This document shows, piece after piece, positions 1 through 9,995 of a stretch of 64,000 nucleotides of DNA. Every line of letters starts with the position of its first letter. Positions within the stretch are counted from its first letter, which is position 1. This DNA comes from Schizochytrium sp. TIO01 (lineage: Eukaryota > Protista > Bigyra: Labyrinthulomycetes), in contig SMSO01000035.1 of NCBI GenBank assembly GCA_004764695.1, forward strand, positions 1,736,001 to 1,800,000, given 5' to 3'. The notes beneath the pieces were generated by a model. The model searched no databases. It saw only the letters and a list, made by a program, of their open reading frames with translations, and had not been told where the DNA came from. Position numbers and translations under genes: made by a program.

Positions 1-1300
1 AGGCAAAACCTAACTCGTAGCACCCTTAAATGGTGCTGACGTCGCGGACGAAGAACTGAGTCCTGAACCTCGTTTCAAGTATTCACTGGCGCAGACTGCA
101 AGTCCATCGGCCTAAGCGTGTGTATAAACATAGCTGGCAAATAAAAGGGCTAACTAGCAGAGCATGGACGTTTATAGCTTGCTTGCTCGCTTGCTTGCTG
201 AGGGAGGACCGACCAGGGTTTGTCGCATCAGGATTTTATAATTATTTAAATAAATCATCAAGCTAGCTAAGTACTTCAACAGTGGGTTTATAAAATGCGA
301 TCCATGTTTTTAACATAGTAAACTTTGGATCTTACAAAACCTACCTTTTTTTAATTAAGTTCATGGAAGTTTTTTCTCATTGGTCTATCTGACTCAATGG
401 CAGTGAGAAAATTTAGACATAAGCAGTGAAGGAAAGAAGCTTCGACACAGTAGGTTCGTGATGGTTGTGACGGTGCTAGTTATGCAGTGGCTTTGGTGGT
501 GACTCCAATGACGCACGAACTAATTGAGCCTCTCGCCACGATACTGCTCGGGTTGTTGCAGGTGATTTTGCACGTGTAAGACATTTATCGCGAGTCAGAA
601 ATAGCGCGCCGTGGATAGTTTGAGCAACCTCAGACCCCGCTTTTAAGCGAATTGCATGGTTGTGGTGTCTTAAAGGACTGCGCAGAAGCTTTCTGCAGGC
701 AAATCACATAGCAATAGCAAGACCCTCTGTGATCTGTTTTCCCTAGTGAGAAGATCCTTGAGGAAAGTTACAGGGCCCTTTCTCACCAGATTCACTCTTA
801 GCAACGGCATTCAAAGTTCACACCAGTTTTCCCAATCCCGCATCTCTTGCTCTAGTTTTCGATTTTATAAAATGGTATCTAATCTGTGACTTTAAAAATA
901 GGCATCACTCAAAGAAAGAAGTCATCTATTTATCCTGTGAGTAGAGAGCATCGGAAAAGCAGAAGAAGGTATCAAGGATGAAAAGAGGAGTCCGGAACTA
1001 CGCTCGCTCAAAGCCTGAGCCTCTAAACTTTGGCGAAGAGCAGCATCGAAAACAAAAGAACTAGGCAGGCAGGCAGCAGGTGTCTAAGATTATACCCAGC
1101 TGTAAAAGAGGGGGCCGAACGACTTATACAGAAGAGTTGAAAAATAAAAACCACAAAACCGCAGAAGTTATTCATTCATACATACATACTCCCTCCATAC
1201 GCGACAGTGTGCGCTTGTGCCCAGGCCTGCGAGACCACGCCAGTCAATGTTTCCCTTCTTCGGCCCCAATGACGTGTGCGCATGAGCGCTGGGTAAGAGA

Positions 1301-1344
<44 letters not shown>
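1301..1344. repeat. (AAGC)11 microsatellite
   Basis: Read directly. Confidence 0.95.
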
Positions 1345-1346
<2 letters not shown>

Positions 1347-1510
1347 TGAGCTAGCTAGCTCCACGACGACCCACTCGCCGCGTACGTACTGGCCCGACCA
1401 GAGCACAGGAGAGGGCGCTTTCCCGCAAACGTCACCAAGCTCACACCAGCATCATCGAGACAGCTAGAGTCCTACTGCGCCCTACGCCGTCCACCGGAAC
1501 AACGTCGACG

Positions 1511-1550
1511 CTCACTCTCACTCACTCACTCACTCACTCACTCACTCACT
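1511..1550. repeat. (CTCA)n microsatellite
   Basis: Read directly. Confidence 0.93.
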
Positions 1551-1710
1551 GTCATGCATGCTACGAGGATGCTTTCGGTAGCGCTAGGCGCGGGTTAGCG
1601 CGAAGGGTAGGAGTCCACATGATAGGACATCGCGGCTTTCCATTGGTTTGTTTGACAGGTGGCGAGAAGGGCGATCAATTGATCAATCGATGAAATAATT
1701 AATCGATCAG

Positions 1711-1765
<55 letters not shown>
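1711..1765. repeat. (TCAA)n microsatellite
   Basis: Read directly. Confidence 0.95.
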
Positions 1766-1950
1766 GAACAAACAGAGACTCAGTGGCGCTCCCGCTCCGT
1801 ATGCGGTGTGGCGGCCCGCTCGCGAGATAGGCGGCCTGTGTAGAGAGAGTGTTGCTTTGGATGGAGGCAATAAATCTGGGAAAGCTTAGCATTGGCGAAG
1901 AGAACTAACTAACTTGTTTGCGGATATACTGATTTTTTGCTGTTGTGGAC

Positions 1951-1993
1951 CATTTCATTTCATTTCATTTCATTTTATTTCATTTCATTTCAT
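1951..1993. repeat. (ATTTC)n pentanucleotide microsatellite
   Basis: Read directly; one variant unit. Confidence 0.9.
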
Positions 1994-3960
1994 TGATGGT
2001 GGTTGTTTTAGGATTTTAAAAGAAACGTCTGCGCAATGCTTGGCTTGCAACAGAGAGAAGTCAAGCTCGAGAGGACCACACTCAGAGCCGATCGTCTTAT
2101 TGAAAGCCGGGAACACGGTACCGCAGATAGCGCTGCTTTCGCACGCAAGCTGCGGCCCAAGACTCGCGAAGCAAGCATTCTTCGCCAGATCGTCCGGATA
2201 ATTTGACACAACGAGGCAATTAATTGGGTGCGACCGACGAATTTTTTAATAAATTATTTTTTTCATAAATTAAAGCAAAAAACATTATTTAAAATGAATT
2301 ATTTCCTGAATTGAAAGTTTAACTTTTAAATTATAAATAAATACATAAATACATAAATAAATAAGAAGAAAGTAAAAGAAAGAAACCATTCAGGGCCCGA
2401 GGAAATCAAGATCAGTTGACAATGCTGCCTCTTGAAAAAACGATATCCGACAGCGGCAAACTCCTTTTGGAGCAAGAATCTCTACTAATCCTCTTCGTCG
2501 AAGCTTGCCAGGGCAGATAATGCCGAGCAGCACACCGGCCGGCCCACGTACGAGAGAGAGGAGAGAGGATGAGAGCTGGAGTGAAGAAGCACTAGTTAGT
2601 TAGGTTTGTTAGTTTGTTTCTGAAGGGAATGAGGAATTTATTAGTAAGTTTCAATTTCAACCCCCATCGCAGGAAAAAGGATCATTGAATTCTGCCAAAG
2701 CAGTTCTTTCTTTCTTTCCAAAGTTCGTCAAAATCTTTGGATATCAGCCAGATCCTTTGAAGAGGGCAACCAAACACGCCCTGGGATCGCTGCCCACTGC
2801 CCACCCTGGAAAGTCCTCACCGCACTCACTCCAAGTGAGCGAATTGATTGCACGACCTTCAAGGCATCACGGCCAAGAAAAAGAAAGAAATTGGCATAGT
2901 TTTTAACCACCCGCCCGAAGAAAACTAGCATTCCAGGTCACTGGAAAAGCTTTGAGCGGCGAAGAAGAGCTATGAGATATAAATTGCAGATTTCCAGTTC
3001 GGTGTCTCGGAAAGCTAGCTCTGAAGAACCGTCTTCGCGAGCGCTCAGAGTCTCTCTAAGCCTTTAAGCACTCCGCGTCATCACTTCATCAATGCTGCGG
3101 CACCGCACAGAACGAATGTGTGGCTCTCCGCGTCCGCCCCGTTCTTTGTTTCACACAATGTAATAGGCGCTGCTTCCACGTGCTTATCCCACACGACCCG
3201 ACAATATTTTTCAGTTTGATTCCACGAGAACTGCGCCCGATCTGGTATCAAAGCACAAAGTACAGACTTCTGTACTGTGTCCCCTCTGTCTACTCTACTC
3301 CAGCGCCAATCCGGAGACAAGAACCCGACCTTCCAGTGCGCGCTCTCACGTCGCTCGCTCTCTACTGACGCTTAAAGCGTCGCTCGACAACCAGCGAGCC
3401 TTATGGCACTCTAGTGAACGATCGCGCGCACAACTCACCCAAACGATGCTTTAGGTTTTGGCATAGGATCGCCCTACGCCCCAGCCCATACATCGGTGCA
3501 CATAAACAAGGCTGCACGCGCCTGCCAAATTCTGTGTAAAAGTATGCATTCTACACCCGCGGCTGTGGAGGTAGCGTAGTCTTAATGGTTTTGCATAGAG
3601 GTGCAAATGGACTCTCGTTTTCTGTTAGATAGCAAACTGGTTTGGACTCTTGAGACATCATATTTATTCGTACACACGTTTTCACACGGCACATCATTGC
3701 AAGCCTCTGCGTCTTGGTCATAGACCTCTGCATCCTATCTTGACGTAGTCGCAGCTAGCACCAGCTGGTCTCCAAGCCTGTCTTTCAGGCATTTCATGCA
3801 GACAGTGCAATTGAAAGGAAGAAAGAGGGAGGCAGACTGTATCGCATACACGTGCTAAAATTCCTCTCTTTCGTGACGGTCATGAACTACAATGACTGCT
3901 ATCATCCTTTTATGCTTTACCATAGGAGTTTGCAATTGACCGCGATGATTGTGTGTTCAA

Positions 3961-6900
3961 ATGAAGAGTTGGAAAAGTACTGCGATCGATCGATCCTCCG
4001 CTGACAAAAAGCCTCTGGCAGCTCGCATAGAGCGGCATCTACGAGGTTGGTTGGGGAGAGCTGGCCTAGGTCCTCGTGGGCCTCACTCAATGCGTCCTGT
4101 GCGCTTGCGCAAGGGCGACAGGCTCTGGGTGCGCGATGATGACCTCGTGTGGCAAGAGGCCGTGCTCATGGGCCGCGCGTCTGGAGGCAGCGAGGGAGAC
4201 CGCAGCTCTAGCAGGAGCCGCAGCAGAAGCACTGCGTCAAGATCTAAGACTCGAAGTGGGTCTGTTGGCAGCCGGCATTCCGAAGGCGACGATACTGATC
4301 GACTGCTCGTGCAGCTGGGTTCCGACTGGAGCCGCGAGGCATCTGTGCGGTCGGTAAGCGCTAAAAGAGACTGCGAAGTACGCCTTGTCTCATCTAGCGC
4401 AGAACTTGCTGCCGTCGAAGACCTCACCCAGGTCCCTGCGCTACACGAGCCCTCACTTCTCGCCACCTTACACGAGCGCTTCAAAAATGACAGCATTTAC
4501 ACAAATGCAGGCCGTGTGCTCCTCGCAGTGAACCCTTACAAGCAAGTGAAAGGTGCGTACGGAAAATCTTTGGTTAAACAGTATTATAGGGCAGGAGCTG
4601 CAACGGAGGGTCTTGCTCCGCACCTCTACGCAGTTGCATCTACAGCGTATGTAAATGTTTTAGAGAAAAACGGCGTGAACCAGACGGTGCTTGTGAGTGG
4701 CGAGTCAGGCGCCGGCAAGACAGAGAGTACCAAGATCCTGCTCAGGGCCGTGACGCAAATGGCAGAATTCAGGCTAGGGAGCAGGTCGAGCAAAGATGGA
4801 AACAGCCCTAGAGATAGGAGCTCAAAGAAGCTCAAGAGCACACCAGAGATTTCTGACCGCGTGCTACAGGCGAACCCGATCTTAGAAGCATTTGGAAATG
4901 CATCCACTGTGAGAAATGAAAACTCATCAAGGTTTGGTAAACTAATTCAAGTGGCACTGAAACCAGTGCAAGGTACGCTTGAGGGAGCGAATATTACAAC
5001 ATATCTTCTGGAAAAGGCTAGGCTTACGCACCAGGGCACAGGCGAACGTAATTTTCACATTTTTTACGCCATGGCAGCAGGAGGATCGACAGAGGATATT
5101 GCAGACTGGAGACTGTATGATGACGGTAAGGGACTCGAGAGCTTTTCGTACATTTCAGACAGTGAGGCTATCCTGGACGAAGTCGAAGTCGACCGCAAGC
5201 GATTCGGTGCCGTGAAAGGCGCCATGAAGGTGCTCGGGTTCACACAAGAAGAAATCAAGTCAGTGCTTCAAGTTGTGGCAGGCGTGCTCCACCTTGGTAA
5301 TATCCGATTCTCTGGAGGTGCACGTGGAGAGGGTGCACGTGTTGCTTCTAAAGGCTCCTCAATGTTGGCGTGTGCTGCATGTTGTGATCTACTGGAGCTT
5401 GATGCTGATGCACTGGAAAGAGCCCTCTGTAAGCGTGTTATCCGTGTCAATGCCTCATCAAGCTTCTCCAGCAAACGCGAGCATGAGTCCTTTGAAAAAC
5501 CATTAACTGTTGAAGAGGCAGAAAGTGCACGTGATGCTCTGGCAATGACACTATATGAGCGTCTGTTTGCATGGCTGGTTTGGCGCATCAACCACAACCT
5601 TCGTGAAGGATGCTCCTCTGAAAGTCCTAGTGGTGACTCGGTTTCTTCCTTCAAATCTCGCAGATCCCAAAGCCCTGGCAGCAATCGACGTCTGAAATCC
5701 CCTGCAAGGACACCATTGGATGAGAATGGCGAGGAGATTTCCGGCCCAGTGCTACGAAAGAATTTTGAGATTGGTGTTCTTGACGTCTTTGGCTTTGAAG
5801 TTTTCGAGCAAAACGGCTTTGAGCAGCTCTGCATCAATTATTGCAATGAGCGTTTACAAAACCTCTTCAATGATTACGTTTTCATGCGGGATCAAAAGGA
5901 ATATAATGCTGAGGGAATTAACTGGGACTATGTAAACTTTCCAGAAAATAATTCTTGTCTGGAAATGATTGAATCACGCCCAATTGGACTTCTTGCTCTG
6001 CTTGATGAAAACTGCCTCTACCCACACGGTAATGACGAAAGTCTCATCAATAAGCTATACAATCATCTACCTCAACAATATGATCGCTTCATCAGTGCAT
6101 CCAAAAAGGATCGCGCCCATCTACGCTTTGCAATTCGCCACTTTGCAGGTGATGTCTTATACACAGCTACTGGCTTTACTAGAAAAAACAAGAATGAGCT
6201 TCGCCAAGAGGCAGTTGATCTCTTGAGATCATCTCGCGAACCAATTGTTAGCATGTTATGCCCATCGCATGCCGCTGATGCAGCTGGCGGAGCTGAGCTT
6301 GCTGATTTTTTTGATCAGCAACTTGGAGAACCCAGCAATGGGTCAACAGGTAAAAAGCTCACTTCTCTCTCATCGCTACGTGGTTTGAACGGACGCAGAA
6401 AGAGTAAAAGTGGACCCCAAACATTGCAACAGAAAACTGTGATTGCGCACTTCAAGGCACAACTTGACAATGCTTTGCAGACCATCGAGGCAAGTGAAGA
6501 GCACTTTGTTCGATGCCTGAAACCTAATGACGATGATGAACCAGGATACATGGATCGAGTTCGTCTTGTGGAACAGCTGCGCTATTCCGGAGTCTTGCAA
6601 ATGGTCCAGGTTGCCCGAGGTGGATATTCAACCCGGATGCTCTTTGATGAGTTTTTGCTTCGCTTTTGCACGCTACTACCCCTAGTATCTACAGAGCAGT
6701 CACCAACCGCAAACAATGGTCGTGTCTACTTTGGCACCCCAGCTCGTGCATACGCCACGATTCAGCGCTCGCCCCGCAAGGCACTTCAACGTTACTGCAA
6801 AGATCTCCTTCGTTGCTTTGGGTTCATTTATGGAGATGACTTTCAAACAGGTAAAACGAAAATCTTCTTACGGCAGCACAGTTTCACTTTGCTTGAACTT

Positions 6901-8436
6901 GCCAAAGATGCTGCTCGAGGTCGTGCCGCACGAACTATTCAACGCAATTCTAGAACATTTTTAGCTGAGCAAGCTCGCAAAAACGCTGCAATCAAAATTC
7001 AATGCATGGTTCGTGCACGAATTGCTCGTAATACACTCCGGCGAACTAGGGTTCGAAAGATATGGGCCGCACGAACGATCCAGGTTGCTGTTCTTAAATT
7101 CCTGGCTGCTATGCGTCGTGACCGCCGTCGACAAGCGCGTCAAGAACGCTCCAAACAGCAGAGGATTGCGCAGGAACTTGGTCTTGCACGATCCCCCATT
7201 GCAACACGAGTTACATTCGATCTGGCTAATCTTGAGGTTCGCCACATCGAATCTAGACACGACGATGTACCTTACACAGCACCATCAATTATTGTCCCTG
7301 CTCAGACCGAAGTTGAATCGCGCAGATTAGACTCCCCACCCCCACCTACTCAGGCAGAACTTACAGTCAATGTGGACTCCTTTTCTATTGAAGGTTTCGC
7401 AAAAGAAGATGCGGGCAAACTACAATCCCATTCTTCTCGTACGAACGGAAAGCAGCGTCGCTCTCGCCGTGGCTCCTTTGAACCAAATGAGCGGGAACCA
7501 ACTTTAGCAAGTGAAAACCGCGGATCATTTGATGAAGATGAAGACGAAGATGAATTTGAAGACAGCGAGTTCAGAAAGGATGACCCATACACCGGAGTCC
7601 CCGTGGAAACCCACAAGTCTAACAAAAAGAACAGGAAGAATAAAAATGGTGGCAAAAATGGGGCCACAGAAGAACAGCTGAAGGATAACAAACGCTCGGA
7701 CGATGGAAAGCAGAATAGTAACGAGATACCTCCAGGCGTTGACGAATCGAAGGAATTGAAAGACCGAGTGAAGCATGAAAACAACCCAGAGAGCCCTCGT
7801 CAGGGAGGCAAACCTTCTCAGTCAAAAGGACAGAAATCAAACCCCGGTAGTGACAGCGTGGCCGGCAACCCTACAAAGGAAGCCGTAGAATCAAAACTGG
7901 TCAACCGGAAAGGGAAAAACAACAACAACAATAAAAATACCAGACCTTCTGAAAGCGATAGCGACGATGATCTGGCAACTACTTCAGATGACGATTTTTC
8001 GGTGGATAGCGACTCCAAGACAAAAGATGGAATCAGCCGCAAGGCGCGAAGAACCTCATCACCTCAGGCTCGCCAATTTCTAACTGCTTTTATTGTTGTT
8101 GTTGTGGTCTTTCCAGTTGTCATCGGACTGGGTGGCCTTGACTTACTCATCACTCTGTCGATGCTTGGCCTGATGGGCGCATGGGTTTGGTTTCAAGTTG
8201 TCAAACCGAGAAACCGCAAAAGTGCAGATGACAGCGATTCTGATGATGATTCTGATGATGAAGATTCAAGCGATGATGAATCTGGTCTTTCCATGTCTGA
8301 GGATAGTGGAACAGACCAGCTACAGGCTGGGAAGAAAATGAAGAAAATGAAGGATGATAAGGGAGCGAAAAGGCCTTACCCAGGAAGGCTTCGGAGCACC
8401 AAATCTCAAGTGAATGGTAGGAAAACCAAAGTTTAA
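3961..8436 (+). CDS. Unconventional myosin heavy chain: N-terminal SH3-like segment, motor domain, 3 IQ-like motifs, disordered tail, C-terminal hydrophobic hairpin
   Basis: P-loop GESGAGKTES, NPILEAFGNA, switch I NENSSRFGK, ERNFHIFY, switch II LDVFGFE, FEQLCINYCNERLQ, HFVRCLKPN. IQ-like motifs AARTIQRNSR, AAIKIQCMVRARIAR and AARTIQVAV. First in-frame ATG is 3961 (in-frame TGA at 3946-3948 closes the frame upstream); an alternative start at 4090 is possible. Confidence 0.97.
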   Translation: MKSWKSTAIDRSSADKKPLAARIERHLRGWLGRAGLGPRGPHSMRPVRLRKGDRLWVRDDDLVWQEAVLMGRASGGSEGDRSSSRSRSRSTASRSKTRSGSVGSRHSEGDDTDRLLVQLGSDWSREASVRSVSAKRDCEVRLVSSSAELAAVEDLTQVPALHEPSLLATLHERFKNDSIYTNAGRVLLAVNPYKQVKGAYGKSLVKQYYRAGAATEGLAPHLYAVASTAYVNVLEKNGVNQTVLVSGESGAGKTESTKILLRAVTQMAEFRLGSRSSKDGNSPRDRSSKKLKSTPEISDRVLQANPILEAFGNASTVRNENSSRFGKLIQVALKPVQGTLEGANITTYLLEKARLTHQGTGERNFHIFYAMAAGGSTEDIADWRLYDDGKGLESFSYISDSEAILDEVEVDRKRFGAVKGAMKVLGFTQEEIKSVLQVVAGVLHLGNIRFSGGARGEGARVASKGSSMLACAACCDLLELDADALERALCKRVIRVNASSSFSSKREHESFEKPLTVEEAESARDALAMTLYERLFAWLVWRINHNLREGCSSESPSGDSVSSFKSRRSQSPGSNRRLKSPARTPLDENGEEISGPVLRKNFEIGVLDVFGFEVFEQNGFEQLCINYCNERLQNLFNDYVFMRDQKEYNAEGINWDYVNFPENNSCLEMIESRPIGLLALLDENCLYPHGNDESLINKLYNHLPQQYDRFISASKKDRAHLRFAIRHFAGDVLYTATGFTRKNKNELRQEAVDLLRSSREPIVSMLCPSHAADAAGGAELADFFDQQLGEPSNGSTGKKLTSLSSLRGLNGRRKSKSGPQTLQQKTVIAHFKAQLDNALQTIEASEEHFVRCLKPNDDDEPGYMDRVRLVEQLRYSGVLQMVQVARGGYSTRMLFDEFLLRFCTLLPLVSTEQSPTANNGRVYFGTPARAYATIQRSPRKALQRYCKDLLRCFGFIYGDDFQTGKTKIFLRQHSFTLLELAKDAARGRAARTIQRNSRTFLAEQARKNAAIKIQCMVRARIARNTLRRTRVRKIWAARTIQVAVLKFLAAMRRDRRRQARQERSKQQRIAQELGLARSPIATRVTFDLANLEVRHIESRHDDVPYTAPSIIVPAQTEVESRRLDSPPPPTQAELTVNVDSFSIEGFAKEDAGKLQSHSSRTNGKQRRSRRGSFEPNEREPTLASENRGSFDEDEDEDEFEDSEFRKDDPYTGVPVETHKSNKKNRKNKNGGKNGATEEQLKDNKRSDDGKQNSNEIPPGVDESKELKDRVKHENNPESPRQGGKPSQSKGQKSNPGSDSVAGNPTKEAVESKLVNRKGKNNNNNKNTRPSESDSDDDLATTSDDDFSVDSDSKTKDGISRKARRTSSPQARQFLTAFIVVVVVFPVVIGLGGLDLLITLSMLGLMGAWVWFQVVKPRNRKSADDSDSDDDSDDEDSSDDESGLSMSEDSGTDQLQAGKKMKKMKDDKGAKRPYPGRLRSTKSQVNGRKTKV

Positions 8437-9788
8437 GGAGAGGGCCCTTATTGAACATTGAAATACGGCCAAATTATTCTTAATCACGTTGGTTTGTGTG
8501 AACATGAGCGCGTCTTTTAAACGAACTCTATCTTTCTTTAATACGCTGGACAGAGGAATTGCAAGAAACTCTACCATGAACAAGGCTCTGCAATTGCTGA
8601 CGCACTGGATAAGCTATTACGATGCGAGTTGCCTCTTGTAGCGATGGCATTCCATAATACATAGCCACCTAAAATAATGCCTTTACCAGAAAGGCAACCT
8701 ATAAATTGAATACTTAATACTCTCGTGTAGTCTTTCCATGAACTATGAATATGCTCAATGCGGGCAGTTTCTGGACCATACATACACATGTGTGGCGGTC
8801 TCAATCGCATGCAATGCCGGCAACATTATTTAGGAAAATTATTTTTAAAAAAAGAAAGAAAGAAAAGATTAAGAAGACTGCATCCCTCAATACAGTAAAC
8901 ATCACAAAGCTAATGACTCGGTCCTTGTGGCATCTCTTCAAAGAAGAACTCAAGTCTAATTCGCGTCCCCAAAGCCATCTCCACCCGCTATCATGTGGTC
9001 ATCATCACACGACTCAACCTACTTGTGCTTCTCAGGTCCCGAACCCTGTTCGGTGCGCTAAAACACGGTGTTCTGAACAGCCCTACCAGTGTTAGCTTTC
9101 TTCCTAGCTGCCTCCAGTGCTACCAGAACCACTTTGCATTACCCTTTTGGCCACTCAGCCATTGTGGGTTAGTTGGGCATCTTCGATTGGCATCTCCAAT
9201 CGCGAGTGGCGATCTTGATCGACGCCCGAGTCCATGGCTCAATTTGGTCGGCTCCACGCAGGGAAGTGTCTGTGCTTTCCCGTTCTGCCTTGAGTTTCGC
9301 TCTTCAAGCCCGCCGTGCTTCGAGTTCTCCAGTTCCAAGGGCCGGGTCCTGCAGAAAGAACCGTCGCAAGCGGACCATCATTAGGGGCAGATAGGTAGGG
9401 GCTCATAGGAGAATCCTTAGCAGTCGAGAGCGCGTTGCAGAACCCAGGCAAACAGCCTTAAGGCAGTGGGTAGAGGTTAGGGTGGGGGTACCTAATTTGG
9501 CGTGGCTTAAGGCGACGAAAGGGTTCCGCAAGTGCCATACTGAGAAGATCGCGATCAACTCGAGGATGAGGTTTGATGCTAACTTTTGGACTTAAGGTTG
9601 GTTGGTTGATTGATTGACGGGGCGAGTGATCGATGGTTTTGCTGGCAAACACAAGCAATGCCGAAACCGAAGGCGGACGCCCAAAGAGGAATCAGAACAG
9701 CCGGGGCTTCGTGAGACCTTGTGCACGAGACCTTTGCGCAGCACATACATAAAGTGTGCACGAGCCAGCTGGTTGGGCACACTTGCAC

Positions 9789-9990
9789 GTACGTACCTAG
9801 CTAGCTGCGTGGTAGATACCACGAAGCGGAACTTCGAAGCAGGAATCAGCAAATCCGATTGAAGTAGACACGGACGGGGAGGCCCATATATACATAGATT
9901 CAGGCCCTTGAAAACTTGCAGCAAATCCGAAACTAAGGTTGAGTGGGCATCGCATTTGACATTGTGCTTTGCGTCTTGATTGCAATATAG
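9789..9990 (+). other. Candidate 5'-UTR intron of the PARP gene
   Basis: Donor GTACGT at 9789, TTGAC near 9956, acceptor TAG ending 9990, 5 nt before the ATG. Confidence 0.4.
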
Positions 9991-9995
9991 GGAAG

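Noticed and set aside
21-115. Possible terminal exon of an upstream gene (CTAACTCGTAG acceptor, then PLNGADVADEELSPEPRFKYSLAQTASPSA*)
   Set aside because: Too short, at the window edge, and the branch point is very close to the AG; cannot be supported without upstream sequence.
8995-9451. Overlapping short ORFs between myosin and PARP
   Set aside because: No recognisable domain in any frame; possibly a relic but unsupported.
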